Shown piece by piece: positions 38,401 through 49,809 of a stretch of 64,000 nucleotides of DNA. The position numbers and the translations under genes were made by a program. A model generated the notes under the pieces. It saw nothing but the letters and a program-made list of their open reading frames with translations, had not been told where the DNA came from and ran no database searches. Each line of letters begins with the position of its first letter. Positions within the stretch are counted from its first letter, which is position 1. Origin of the DNA: Takakia lepidozioides (taxonomy: Eukaryota; Plantae; Bryophyta); NCBI GenBank assembly GCA_030704615.1, contig CM060732.1, forward strand, positions 31,124,001-31,188,000. The letters are read 5' to 3'.

Positions 38401-39669
38401 GAAATGCTTGGCAGCATGCATTACATCGTAGAGAAGTGTCTTTGGGAGTGTACGCTCTCTTTCCTGTATCATGCTTTTCTCTTGTCCCGCTCAAACTGGG
38501 CGCGGGGTCAATGGCCACAAGGCTACGGCAAACAACGTCTTATGAGTACAATGAGTACAATCTCTTGTCCCATAAGCTCTTTGAGCTTGTCGTGGATATT
38601 ATTATGTTTCTTTCTTTCTGGATCAGTAGGAAATTCTTTTGTCTTTCTTGGATCCCTCTTTCTTTTGTCCCATCAGCTCTACGAGCTTTCCGCGGACGTT
38701 ATAAAGCACCATTTCATTTCATTTCATTTCATTTCTTGTCCCATAAGCTCTTTGAGCCTGGTGTAGATATTATTATGTTTCTTTCTATACTAAGAGATCC
38801 GTGGGAGATTCCACTGTCTATTCTGTGGAACCCAATCTCTCACCGAAGTCTTCCACTATGAGGATCAGAAATGCTTGGCAGCTTACCTGCACGAGGCCCT
38901 CACCCTTAGACAATCACTCGAACAATAGTTTTTTATTTCTGGCTCTGATTTTTCCTCCTCTCTGATGTTTTCTTCCACTTTGTCCCATAAGCTGTAAGAG
39001 CTTTCCGCGGACATTATAAAGCTCCATTTGATTTCTGAAGCTGGAGGTCTTCCATTAGCAGATGTGTCTTAGACATTCCCTCTCTTTTTCTTGTCAGCTT
39101 TCTCGACTCTTTCAGCTTTCTGCTGAAATTGTAATGTACCATTTTGTTTCATATTCCTTTCTGTCTCTCTGTTGTTCATCCACATGAATATTTAACATCT
39201 CGTTCTAAGATTTCGTTTCGTTTTATTCTCTAAGATAAATGGATATCATGGACAAACAGGGACAAACACTACGACATCCTTTCAGATCTCATATCCTCTT
39301 CTGAGTGAAGTCAGAGATTGGGGTCCAAGCACAGGGTGTTCTTTCTGTGACGTCTTTGGGCTTGGAAAAAACGTTCACCGTATTGGCATTTCCCAACAGC
39401 TGTTTCTCAGTCTGTCTATCCCTGTATGTTCTCAGGGGCTTAGCTTTGTTATATCTAGAATGGTATCTGACAACTACCTCAAACACTCCGCCTTAGTGTG
39501 CTCTGCAACTAACACATTGAAGCACACTATGCAGGCAAAGGGTGAGCAGGAGCTTCCAGAATACCTCATGGGTACGGTGAGGATAAACCGAGTCAAAGTG
39601 GAGTGTGCTGGTACATTCAAGGCTGATGCTCCCAATTTTACATCCTATAACCCAATTTTCCAACCCTAG
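23465..39669 (+). CDS. EDR2L: EDR2-like PH + START + DUF1336 (EDR2_C) protein, 22 coding exons
   Basis: Exons: 23465-23632, 24089-24163, 24394-24447, 24703-24768, 25005-25063, 25278-25354, 25562-25687, 25982-26016, 26155-26255, 26418-26513, 27330-27394, 27706-27777, 27885-28055, 31598-31860, 32287-32356, 32565-32740, 33142-33243, 34603-34650, 34883-35026, 35355-35450, 35885-35986, 39535-39669. Motifs GWVYHVG (PH), NGLRIFED/MKAVGVV/YWRRDQDGSY (START), FRNSRFKLIPSIVEGYW/ACLLG/IDVDIGSS/ELPE (DUF1336). The symbol is a family-level label; orthology was not tested. Confidence 0.9.
28154..31017 (+). mobile_element. RTE-X-like LINE, 5'-truncated with 5' inversion, in intron 13 of the EDR2-like gene
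   Basis: RT ORF 29086..31011 (NYRGITLL, QAGFR, FLDVKKAYD, GVAQGCTLSP, FADD, C-terminal CPLC..ED..HF). The upstream part is inverted (28154-28996). 15-bp TSD TCTAAAGAGCTTACC at 28139-28153 and 31018-31032. Clade assignment is by motif resemblance only. Confidence 0.9.
33270..34162 (+). mobile_element. Cluster of ~5 degraded 3' fragments of the same LINE family in intron 17
   Basis: Repeated caaactgggc...ggccacaaggctacggcaaac...gagtaca ends at ~33338, ~33613 and ~34162, plus internal pieces (ggcactagactgaaact, gcagattgatgcttg). Confidence 0.75.
34287..34542. repeat. Insertion containing a ~120-bp tandem dimer, flanked by the 10-bp direct repeat CACAGACTAA
   Basis: Units 34311-34422 and 34433-34542; flanking repeats at 34277-34286 and 34543-34552. 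Confidence 0.65.
36016..38227 (+). mobile_element. Second 5'-truncated copy of the RTE-X-like LINE, inserted in a (CT)n tract in intron 21
   Basis: Nearly identical to the 28-31 kb copy but colinear; small frameshifts (~36515, ~37908); (CT)n on both flanks; ends ATGAGTACAA. Confidence 0.9.
38489..38560 (+). mobile_element. Very short 3'-end insertion of the same LINE with two tail units
   Basis: ATGAGTACA ATGAGTACAA tail; 11-bp TSD TCTCTTGTCCC at 38478-38488 and 38561-38571. Confidence 0.8.
38562..39035 (+). mobile_element. Stacked 3' ends of a second non-LTR family with (CATTT)n tail
   Basis: ttgtcccataagctc...gagctttccgcggac...(CATTT)n occurs several times; a homologous copy lies at ~62543-62780. 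Confidence 0.6.
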
Positions 39670-40022
39670 TTTCCACCTCAAGTTGGGCACTGACCTCTTG
39701 TATCATAGTTGTCCATACGGGAACCCAATTCAAATTATATTCTTTGTAGTGGATACGAGTGATCTCGTTCCAAGATTTGCTTTGATGCCATTGTACTTTG
39801 ATGCCTTCGCATTTGGAGCTATGATCAAGCACGTAGTTATGTGATTGTCCCGACCCACACGGCTTTTTAGAACTATGTACAAATGAGGCCACATTAGACC
39901 AGAGGTAGGCTTGGCACCCACCAAATTTCTCAGGTCTGTACTAAAAAATCACTCATCAATGCTGTTTGTGTTCCCTCCTCAGGGCATTGGTTTCTAATCT
40001 GGACTGTTTCTATCTGGGTTGT

Positions 40023-40125
40023 GTCAGCCCCTGGCAAAGGTAGTTTCTGTCCCTTTGTGTTTCCCTCCAACTGAGGGCGCGGTCAATGGCCAGAAGGCTA
40101 CGGCAAACAACGTCTTATGAGTACA
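40023..40125 (+). mobile_element. Short 3'-end insertion of the RTE-X-like LINE
   Basis: Ends cttatgagtaca; 15-bp TSD TTCTATCTGGGTTGT at 40008-40022 and 40126-40140. Confidence 0.8.
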
Positions 40126-40919
40126 TTCTATCTGGGTTGTTGTAGTGGGCTTCTGCTTGAATGTGGATTTTCCAAGCAGACATTTTTGTTGTACCAGAGA
40201 GCAGACTCAAACATAAGTGAGCATACGACTTTCGTTTCCTAAAACTAGGTAGGTTTACTTCAGAGTCTTCCCTATCGGCAGGAGAAGCCCTGGCGCTATG
40301 AGAGCTGCCAGCACGGCGGCATGCGTTGTACCATCTAACTCTAGATTGGGATTCTCTGTGGCAATAAGATCTCCTTTTCCCCACGTACCGTCCAAGTGAG
40401 AGAGTAGTTGCATCCTCCTTCCTTTTGTCACGTCTGAGAAAAGCTGCATAGTGAACAACCCAAGCCTTCGGAGCTTCAGACACTTACGTCAGTGAACCTG
40501 ATGCAAAAGAACTCTCATACAAGGTGTTTTTCCCTCATAGAACCAAGAGCATCTAGCTTTCCATATGTTCCAAAGAGCATGGACCCTAAGGGCAGTCCGA
40601 CCCGCCTGTGTGTCCAGCTTCCACTTTGCCATCTCCCACCCGATTTCACGCACACGGTTCCAGGGTTTCTGTGTACAAACTACAAACCACGAAAATAGAA
40701 AACAGACAAAGCACGGCTGGAAATAGTCAAAGGGAAGTGAATGGTTAGCAAAGAAGGTTGAAGTACCAGAATAGCAAAAGCAAGAGCGAGGCTTTTGATA
40801 GCAAGTCGGACTCTTGGGTTTTCTCAGAGTTGTCTTTCTTTCTCCTCGTCTAGTCTTTCCCCCAAGCTCCGTGTAGGATCACAAGAACACCATCGGAGAG
40901 GTTTTGTCGCCTCCGCAAT

Positions 40920-42026
40920 ATGGAGGAGATTTGGAGCAGGCTCCCATTCCAGTTAGTGATGGTAGTGTTGGCCTTTTTGCCATATCGAAGTCTTGTCCGC
41001 TTTCAGTCGGTTTGCAAGTTGTGGAATTCTCTCCTATCGACTGCTAGTTTCCAACAACTCTGTCAGCAACTCCCTCTTCACCAAGACTCCTATCTCTTGT
41101 CTTTTGGCAGATGCCCACATGTTTGCATGTTGTATACCCCCACAACTCGACGGTGGCACAAATTCGACCTCAAACTCCCCAAAGATAAGGTAGTATACAG
41201 TATTGTTGCTGCAGATGGAGGCTTATTACTTTGCACAACGGACGAGGGCGATGCTGACTTATCACGGGTTGTGTTCAATCCTCTCTTGAACAATTCCAGA
41301 CAATTGCCTGCCCTTCCTCTCGACAACTCAAGACATTTCCGGTATCTGGATAAGATGCACTTGATTGTGGATAGACGCGGCAAGACCTACAAGATCTTTG
41401 TGATATCATACGAGTATCGAGTGGACTACACTGAGATACATTTGAGAACACACATCTATGACTCAATTTGCGAGTGTTGGACCGAGATTGGAAAGATGCC
41501 GGCATGTGAACGGGGGTGGATGTGGTGGTGTGCAGGAAGTGTGATATGTGGCCCCACTCTCTTTGCTCTGTTTTATGGACCAAAGAATGACGACTACACT
41601 GTGATGGCTTGTGACATGGGTGCCGGCGTGTGGACTCAAGTTGATTTACGCATGCCTAACTTTGGTGGAGATTGTACTCTTGCTACTGCAAGGCTTGTAA
41701 AGAGTGAGGGGCGCCTCTTTCTAGTTGGGCGGCGTCATGCTGGTCGACTCCTAGTTGCAATATGGGAGTTCAAAGTTTCTACCAAGACTGCAGAGTGGGT
41801 GGAGATTGCTAGAAGGGAGTTCGCGACACTGGCCCCCCGCCGGTACTACAATTTTCAATCGGTGAGCCATGACAATCTCATAGTCATTTGGACCGGCATA
41901 CCTCCAGAAGTTGTGATGTATGACATGAAGCAACAAACGTGGAGATCTGACTTGGCAACTGGGACCAAGGAATGCGAGAGTGTTAAGGGTTTGGTTACCG
42001 GTTTTAGTTTAGGTGCAAAAGTCTAG
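40920..42026 (+). CDS. F-box protein with kelch/FBA-like beta-propeller C-terminus (intronless)
   Basis: 368-aa ORF; IWSRLP..LV..VLAFLP..SLVRFQSVCKLWNSLL F-box, then AADGGLLL, VFNPL, LPALP, IYDS...W propeller motifs. Confidence 0.9.
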   Translation: MEEIWSRLPFQLVMVVLAFLPYRSLVRFQSVCKLWNSLLSTASFQQLCQQLPLHQDSYLLSFGRCPHVCMLYTPTTRRWHKFDLKLPKDKVVYSIVAADGGLLLCTTDEGDADLSRVVFNPLLNNSRQLPALPLDNSRHFRYLDKMHLIVDRRGKTYKIFVISYEYRVDYTEIHLRTHIYDSICECWTEIGKMPACERGWMWWCAGSVICGPTLFALFYGPKNDDYTVMACDMGAGVWTQVDLRMPNFGGDCTLATARLVKSEGRLFLVGRRHAGRLLVAIWEFKVSTKTAEWVEIARREFATLAPRRYYNFQSVSHDNLIVIWTGIPPEVVMYDMKQQTWRSDLATGTKECESVKGLVTGFSLGAKV

Positions 42027-42245
42027 ACAAGCTGCTGCATTGAGGTCTGCGACAAAGTGCATCCGCGTATTGAAGAAATCCATGGTGAGGTTAAGAGATT
42101 GTCTGGGCAGATGAAGGAGACTGGGTACGTGCCTGACACATGATTTGTATTGCATAATGTGGAGGAGGAGATGAAGGAATTCTCTGTTTGCCACCACAGT
42201 GAGAAAATGGACATGCCTTTGGGGCTCATCAGCACCCCTGCTGGA
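42027..42245 (+). pseudogene. E+/DYW domain relic directly after the F-box stop
   Basis: TSCCIEVC-DKVHPRIEEIHGEVKRLSGQMKETGYVPDT*FVLHNVEEEMKEFSVCHHSEKMDMPLGLISTP, closely similar to the 9120-9355 region; no CxxC or DYW end. Confidence 0.85.
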
Positions 42246-42361
42246 TCTCTTTACAATCCACTTTGCTTGCATGCTCGATCTTTTCTCCAGATATCTGCCC
42301 AAACTACTTGGAATACCAAGGATATGAGACCATTTTGCAGTTCATTTTAGATCAAATGAGC

Positions 42362-42682
42362 GCACAGGGTTGAGCAGTGTGTAACCAAGTTTAACCTTGT
42401 ATCAAAAATAGGGGTCGTGATTTTTGGACATCCAACTCATTCTCCATTCAATAAGATCGTTTGTTTCCTATTAGTGTCTTCTGCCTCCGTTCTGGAGGGA
42501 TCAATCCTTCTCTGGCGATTCAGATCCTTCATTACTCCAGTTCCTTTCGTTGGGTCCTTAAAGCTCCTCTGAATTTGTTGCAATTCGATCCAGACGAGTG
42601 AATTTGGATGTCAGAAAAACATGAACCCTTTTTTGGCTATTCGGTTAAGCTTGGCTATTTTGTTGCTCTCATAACTGTGTTT
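42362..42682. mobile_element. Old fold-back MITE-like element
   Basis: Imperfect long inverted repeats: ttaaccttgtatcaaaaataggggtcgtgatttttggacatccaa vs ttggatgtcagaaaaacatgaacccttttttggctattcggttaa. Confidence 0.5.
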
Positions 42683-43374
42683 CCCAGTGCCGGAAGATCT
42701 CTCATTAATGGAATCACAATCCAGATACCCCCGCTAGTTGGAAACCTGTTTGGCTGATGTCTGGAGGAAAGATAGAGCGGCAAAAATCAATGGATTTTTG
42801 TGGAGATTGGTCAACTGAATATTTCTTGTCACTCATTTCACCTCCGACATACAATCCCCCTGTTCATTATGTTCTATGCAATTATAATCAGAATCTCTAC
42901 TCAAAGTGTCAGCGCACCACAGTTGAAATTGAACAAATTTCATAATCTGTGCGAGACGATGGAACATATTTTGTGCAAGGCCCACTTGCTACAAGGATCT
43001 GGGGCACTGTGAAACTTATGTGCTACTTGGAGATCGGATTTTTCCTTTGAACATTATGTTTTGCTCCTTAACTATCATGCAGGTTCTTATATGTGGAGTA
43101 CCTGTCCTATTTGGGCAACACTTTGTGCCCATATTCTCTGAATATATGGAAAGCTAGATGTTCCTTTTTCTTTGACAACATTGTACCAAATGTTCGAGTT
43201 ATCCTATATAGAGCTTACTCAGACTTGATGTCTGAAACTCAATAAACTGTTCGTTTCAAAGAAAAATTTAAAGCTCAGATGATTCATAATTACAGTACTT
43301 CACTCAAGTTTTAGGCTTTGTATCACTAGTAGGTTGCAAGTTCAATTTCTAAGAAAATTGACATAATTTTTTTA

Positions 43375-43899
43375 TTAGCCAGCTTGGGAAGCTTCAGCTT
43401 CCAGCCCCTTCATGATTATATAACCCAATTCACATATGTCATTCAAGGTCTTTTCTTTCGTGCTCTTTTTCCCAGGGTTCAGCTCAAACGACCACGTAAC
43501 CAGAGTGTGCTCATTGTCCTTCCCATCGGGCTCCAAGTGGAAAGTGAAGATACAATCCTCCAGATTCAAGTTGCTTCCCTCCAATGCGTAAGTAAAACAA
43601 TAGTTGTCTGGATCCATTGCAACGAGTCTATCTCTCACCCACCCTTTTCTCTTTCCACCGGGAAGTCCCGAGGAGGAATCAAGTGTGTAAAATCGCAAGC
43701 ATCCCGGAACATTGTTGCGACCTTTCAAGCGCTCACACACTTCAATTATGGGTACAAATTTGTGAAGCCCACAGAAATCAGATCCAATCTCCCATGCTCT
43801 CTTGAGGGGGCCAGCAATGGACGCGCTGATGGAGCCCTGCCACTTGCATTCACAATCGTCGCTCTCCACGGCACCTTCGTTCACTGGTAGCACGCGCAT
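43375..43899 (-). CDS. SRPBCC / polyketide cyclase-dehydrase family protein (lachrymatory-factor-synthase-like)
   Basis: KWQGSISASI..P..RAW..SDFCGLHKFVP.IEVC....G....PGCLR...WVRDRLVAMD....FTY pattern of plant LFS-like proteins. An in-frame AG acceptor at 43921 means an upstream exon is possible. Confidence 0.85.
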   Translation of the reverse strand: MRVLPVNEGAVESDDCECKWQGSISASIAGPLKRAWEIGSDFCGLHKFVPIIEVCERLKGRNNVPGCLRFYTLDSSSGLPGGKRKGWVRDRLVAMDPDNYCFTYALEGSNLNLEDCIFTFHLEPDGKDNEHTLVTWSFELNPGKKSTKEKTLNDICELGYIIMKGLEAEASQAG

Positions 43900-44216
43900 C
43901 CTTGCTTTTTCCCACTGCTCCTACAAATAGGCAAGCAACGTTCCTCCAAGATATCCACCTTTCTTAGGCTATCAAGCTACTAACTCTTCCCCTAAGCAAT
44001 TTCTGGCATCGTGTTATGATGAATTCCACAAATACCAACAAAAAAAGTCAAAATGTGTTTATGAACTCCTGTGAGACTATAATACATAAATTGTTTATTG
44101 GTAGATCCGACACTAATTAACCGCCTTATGGCTTCTTGGGGATATAAATTGTTTTCCTTCTTCAATAAACTTGGATTGAAATTTTTGAAATACATTTTGA
44201 ACCTTTTGGCAACTTA

Positions 44217-45935
44217 GTGAGTGGATCTCAAACTTTTCTTGACAAGCACATTAGGTGCACTCTGCTAGGGCATGAGATGGGATTAAACATGTCGCAGCAA
44301 AGTAGAATGAAGGAGGTGCTGGCAAAATACAAAAGAAAACTGGCATTCTGGTGCTCTACAATGCTCTCAATTGTAGGGAGGGCCCTTGTAGCCAACCAGA
44401 TTCTGCATGCTTCATTGTGGTTCTTCGCGGCAGTATGGAACCCAGACTCAACTATGCTCAAGGAGATTAAAGCCCTCACCTGCAACTTCATTTGGGGAGC
44501 CACCAAAGTCACACAAATGAGAAGAGCACTACTCTCATGGGATCAACTATGCCAGAAAAAAACCGAGGGTGGTCTGGGAATCATCGATCCGACAGCTCAA
44601 ATAAAGGCCTTGCTAGCAAAATGGATTCCCAGAGCCATCACTCATAGAAACTCCCCTTGGAGTAAGCTCATTCAACCTTACCTGATGGGCTCAGTGCCAA
44701 AAACATCAAAACTTTGGGCTCAATCACTTAGATGGATTGTTCAAGGCAAAAACGCGGCATTGGCTCTAGGCTCCAGACCTTGGGAATCCATCTGGAGAGC
44801 CTGGCAAAGCATCAGGGGTAACCTTACCCAAGAATGCCAGCCAGCCGGCAGGAACGTCTTCGGCAACCCCTATTCGCAAACTACAACATGGACTCTGTTG
44901 TCTTGCTCACGCAAACCCCTCGCTGGGCTTTCTGGGAGGGGCAGGGTTTCACTCACATTGCAGCAATGCGCTCGAGGAAAAATTCCTTACAGAAGAGGTC
45001 ATATCAGGAACCTTTGGAAGGAGGAGATCCAGGGACTGGGGCGCTCTCCTGGCCAATATCCCGCAATACATGACCCACTGCTGGAGCAACAAGCTCAGAA
45101 TTGGACGGCTCCTGCTTGGATGGCTTGCAGCAGAGACAATGAAAAGACAGTAATATTGGTCATAGAAACGCATGGACCAACGGCATTTGGACTAGGGTTT
45201 CACACAAATTGTGAGGGTGACCTCTCTTATACAGGGATGGTGGAGGTTCCTAAAACAAACTTGTTCCTCGTACGAGTGCTTGATGGCAAAGGAAATGCAA
45301 ACTCCTTGCCACCTCAAGGGATGGAGGCTCAATGGGCCCGCCATGAAACACTCACCTGGTTTCTCATGTGCCCTTTGGAAGATCTGCAGTTTGGCCCAGG
45401 GGAGTGGAAATGGATGGACAAGAAGAAAACCCCTTTCTTTGGATACACAGTGAAGAAAGGGTACTCCCTTGGCCTGCCCACCCCAATCCTTTAGAGGTAA
45501 ATGGTCAGCAAAACGGGGCAACAACAACCTTACCCAAAGGATCTGGAACAAGATATGGAAAGATGTTTGGAGGAAGCACAGGCCTACAAAGATTTCAGGC
45601 TTTCTATGGAAGCTCGTACACAGAATCATTCCAGTCAGGCAGCGAACGCATAAGGATAACCCTACCTGTACTCTTTGCCATTCACAAACGGAATCCATAG
45701 AACATTGTCTGCTGTCCTGCAATCTTTCAAGTAGAATCTGGGGGCGGGTTCTCTCGTTCTACTCTCATTGGGCTTCTTTCCCAACCCCTTCTCCTCCATC
45801 TCTACTGCTTTTAAATTTCCAGCCTGGTCTAACAATGAGTGTTTGCCCAGTATGGAACACTCTTAGAGCCCACAGCTTGTGGAATCTATGGAGAGCCAGA
45901 TGCAATTGGGTTTACGAAGGAAGAGCCCCCTGGGA
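44217..45935 (+). mobile_element. L1/Tx1-type LINE fragment (post-RT region and zf-RVT zinc knuckle)
   Basis: LSIVGRALVANQIL, NFIWG, W..LC..KTEGGLGI, CTLCHSQTESIEHCLLSC, LWNLWRARC; frameshift near 45480. Confidence 0.85.
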
Positions 45936-45946
45936 CAGATCAATCC

Positions 45947-46231
45947 GAATTTCGGCGCCGAAATTCATCCGTCGCATAGAAAATGTAATATTAGAGTTAC
46001 TCATTGCGGACAGTAAGGATGAATTTCGGCGCCGAAATTGATCCATTTCAAAGAAAAATAAATATTGGAGGGAGGGCATTGGATGAATTTCGGCGCCGAA
46101 ATCCGGCTCTCAAACCCTGAAAAGAATTTGGAGGGATGAAGTCGGCTGAATTTCGGCGCCAAAATTCATTGCTCGCGAAGGAAAATAAAAAAATTCGGGA
46201 GGACTTCGGATGAATTTCGGCACCGAAATTC
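45947..46231. repeat. Array of five 20-bp palindromes GAATTTCGGCGCCGAAATTC
   Basis: Copies start at 45947, 46021, 46085, 46148 and 46212. Confidence 0.9.
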
Positions 46232-48378
46232 ATTGCTCGCGAAGGAAAATAAAAAATTTAAGGAGGAAGCTGCTTCAAGATTTCGCCGACTCCTGGGGCA
46301 AAGGCAACTTGCTCGGCACCAGTCTACCCAACATGCGCTTTACCTAATCAATCCCCCCTCAATGGGTAGTCCCCTGGTGATGGAGACGAGGCAGACTTCA
46401 ATTGGAGGCATAAGAAAAGTCGAGATCCTAAATTTAGAACTCGGCTCAAGTTATGAAGTACTGAATCTGTCTTCACATTGCCACTGCAGATCTTCCCCAA
46501 CTCCTTGTCTTCTCAGCTCGTCAACTCCGGATCAGCTCCGCACAAATGACCTTTGTGCTCTTATCTCAAGAAGTAGCTAGCTACCTCTCCAATCTAAACC
46601 ATTCTCGGAACAATGCATCCAAGTCTCTCTTGCATAGATCTTTCTTACTGCCCTTTCACCCTGCCCTAGCATAACATGTTATCTCTCTCGCAACCTCTGC
46701 TTTACCACTATTCACTCCCTCCCTATCTACAGATAGCAAGTTCGCTACGGCCACGGGGATGTTCCCCCCAGGGGTGGTTATTTTTGCCCTGTTTTGGAAA
46801 ACAAAAACCAAATGCCCCACTAAAACACTAGTATCTGGATAATATAAGGGTGAAATCAGCTGAAATTTGGTGAGTGTATGTAGGTCCAAATTCTGCACCT
46901 ACATATATGGCTCACTTGGATGCTTTGTGGTAAGTAGACTGTTGATTCTACTACAATCAGAAGTAAATTTTTGGTGTGGCAAAACCCAATACAAAGGAAG
47001 TTAAGGGGTAAATTCTAAATTCATGCATGATCTTCACATGTTTTGTTCATTCTTTTGCTAGAAAGAAATTCCCTGCAGTCCCCCCTCCTGAGGAAATAGA
47101 GTGTACAAATTGTAGATAAACCTGGCCAAAATGGCAGGTTAAGATAGCAGGTCCAGGCTGTTACCCAATCTTCAAAGATATTAAGCCCGGGCATGGTTAT
47201 TAATTACATCGGGCGATGTTATTAATTACATCGTCTTCTCAACCCCTAATGTCCCAGGAACCAAATTGGGAATTAATGAACTGCCCCTATCTTACTGCAG
47301 TAATTAAGTCTGATTGAACCCATACTAGTCAGTTGGTTGGAAATTGAGTTGGCCTCAACATGGCATTTTCCTTTCATCTCTGAGTACTGTGTTAGACCCC
47401 AAACTTCAGCCCCACTTGGGTACAGTAGGGGTTGTGATATGATGTTATCAGCCTCAGTCTCCTTGAGGGGAAAAAGCAAAAGGAAAAGTAGGTCCACCAT
47501 GTCTGCAGAATCACATTGGCGCTTTGAGTGTGCTGTAAACACATGGTAATGAGAAGGACCTTGACCTTTTTCGGTACAGCATTAGTTTCATGATTTTCAT
47601 CATTGCATTCATACGTCTCACTTCGTAGGAGACTTCGAAGGTGGTGACCCACAGATTGAAGGGTAGAAAAAAAACGCTGTCTCCAGATAGGGTATTGGTA
47701 CCAGCAACATGTGGAATCTAAATTTGTTAGAGACAGCCCCTGTAGGACTTTTGTTGTGGCTTAGTAGTTGAACTGTACTTCTGTAGGCTACCTAGTTTTT
47801 CTACGGCGACCTCAGCCCGTGGGACTGATACGTCCAATCTATGGGCATGAGAAGGCTTCAGACATTTTCTGAATGGAGACCTTTGTTAGTATCCAAAGGC
47901 ATGTTGGTGTTTCATAACATATGGAATGCCTGAATCACCTTCATCTTGAAAGCTGAGTCCAACCACTGGGCGAACCTTCCACCATGGGGGGGGGCGATTG
48001 TGCATCCCTACCTTTCCTAAGCATGCTTCCAAGGATTTTCCCTTTCCTCCAAAAATATACTGCCCATTCCCTGCCGCCTCCCTTCTTGCTCAGAACAGGG
48101 CTTGGGCCTCTGGACAAGGCAAGCAAGTTATCTCTTTCCCACCCCCCACACTCCCAAGTATCCACCTCCCAATAATTTGAACAACAATATCCAGTCCATT
48201 TGGATCCTCTGTTTTCATTATAACTTTCACCTTTGACAAATAAAGAGGCCGAAGCAGAACAGTATACGAGTGCCTACATACCTTTGCCAAAGGGGTGAGG
48301 TGTGCCAGCACCATCAATGCTCCAGTTTCATTCACCAGAGGTCCATAATCTGTGATGCATACAGACATCCCACGAACA

Positions 48379-48382
<4 letters not shown>

Positions 48383-48450
<68 letters not shown>
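48383..48450. repeat. (CT)n microsatellite
   Basis: About 34 perfect units. Confidence 0.95.
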
Positions 48451-48453
<3 letters not shown>

Positions 48454-49179
48454 CAGTGAAGCTAGAATAGCACCACTAATAAACCCGCCACTTTGTCCGT
48501 TTGGTCCCCTGTGGATGTTAGAAGAGTAAACAGACACCGATACATCATTGCTAGTTCTCATCCACAAGAACCGCCTACACTTGGCTCTGTTCTCCGCATG
48601 TTGCACCCTCTGTTGTCAGTGCATACTAAAGCGGCTTCAATACCCCTCACCTTCTCGTGAAAGGGGGACCAAGAGAGCAAGAGAAGAGGAAGTAGTCGAG
48701 TAAAACAGAACACTTTGACATGAAGTCCATGTGCTTTTGAGCCCTACACAGCAGATCGACTCATTGTCCCTACGAATGACCATCTCCTGGATACGTCGGG
48801 GTCATCCCTTAGTAATTGATGGCTCCCCAACTTATCGTGAGACACAGACGAGGAGGAGTTCTACAAACAGATCGTCCCTACAGACGAGCGGAGAAGAATA
48901 TCCCTCAGATGTCTCTTCATCTCCACAAGAAGATTCGGGAATTGGAACGATAGACTTCCGTTAATAATTGAACCATCACTGGGATCATCTCCTCCTTTCT
49001 GTCTCTCTCCTCCTTACACAAAAGACATTTCTTTCCCCCAAGTGCAGATACCCACTGTACGAGGGGGCATGGTGGAGTAAACCCCACCTTGAGCTCAACC
49101 ATGGACTAGACACAAACCGTAGAACCCACGTGCCAAGACTCTGCGTCGCAGAGAGAAAATGCACTTGTAACTCGATTTT

Positions 49180-49182
<3 letters not shown>

Positions 49183-49226
<44 letters not shown>
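49183..49226. repeat. (AG)n microsatellite
   Basis: About 22 perfect units. Confidence 0.95.
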
Positions 49227-49228
<2 letters not shown>

Positions 49229-49809
49229 GGTGGCTGGGGTAGACTGGCTACATAGAGAAGAGGCTACAGACCAAACTCGAAGGCTGTGAGCTGAAGATGG
49301 CGTCCTGAACGCCATGGCCGCTCTCCCGAAACCCTAACTGTAGCAGGTGTGGATGTTTTCAGTGCACGAGAAGAACTTTGGATGAATTCTTGTTGGATGG
49401 ATGATCTCCGCGCGCTTCTTTCCGATCAAATGCATCCCGGGTGGATGCCAAGTTTTTTTAGGGTTCGGACATGAGAATGTAATCGGACCTACAGGTTCCA
49501 CGAAATTAGTGTAGGGTTCAGTAGAGATGTCATGAGTGTAGGTGACATGGTTACAAATTTGACATATTGGCCAGTTATTGGAAGCAAAACATTTAGGAAA
49601 AAGAGGTTCACTTTTCACTAAGTGGATGTTTAGGAGAGCTTTCAGCTTGTTTGAGATGGGCTATAGGGCCCACCCCTGAAAGGCGGCAGTAGCCGTAAGG
49701 CGAAGTGGCTCTTAGTTATGCCGGGCCCGGCCGGAGTCATCTCTCTGAGATGGGCAGCTCAAGTAGCTCTTGAGAACACTGGGAGTCATGCCAGCAATCG
49801 GCGCCTGTT

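Noticed and set aside
45947-46231. CRISPR-like appearance of the palindromic repeat-spacer array
   Set aside because: Eukaryotic intron-rich context, no cas genes, repeats are full palindromes, and the spacers resemble one another (last two nearly identical).
46600-49700. Possible transposon or gene between the L1 fragment and the PPR relic
   Set aside because: No termini, TSD or protein motif could be established by eye; left unannotated.
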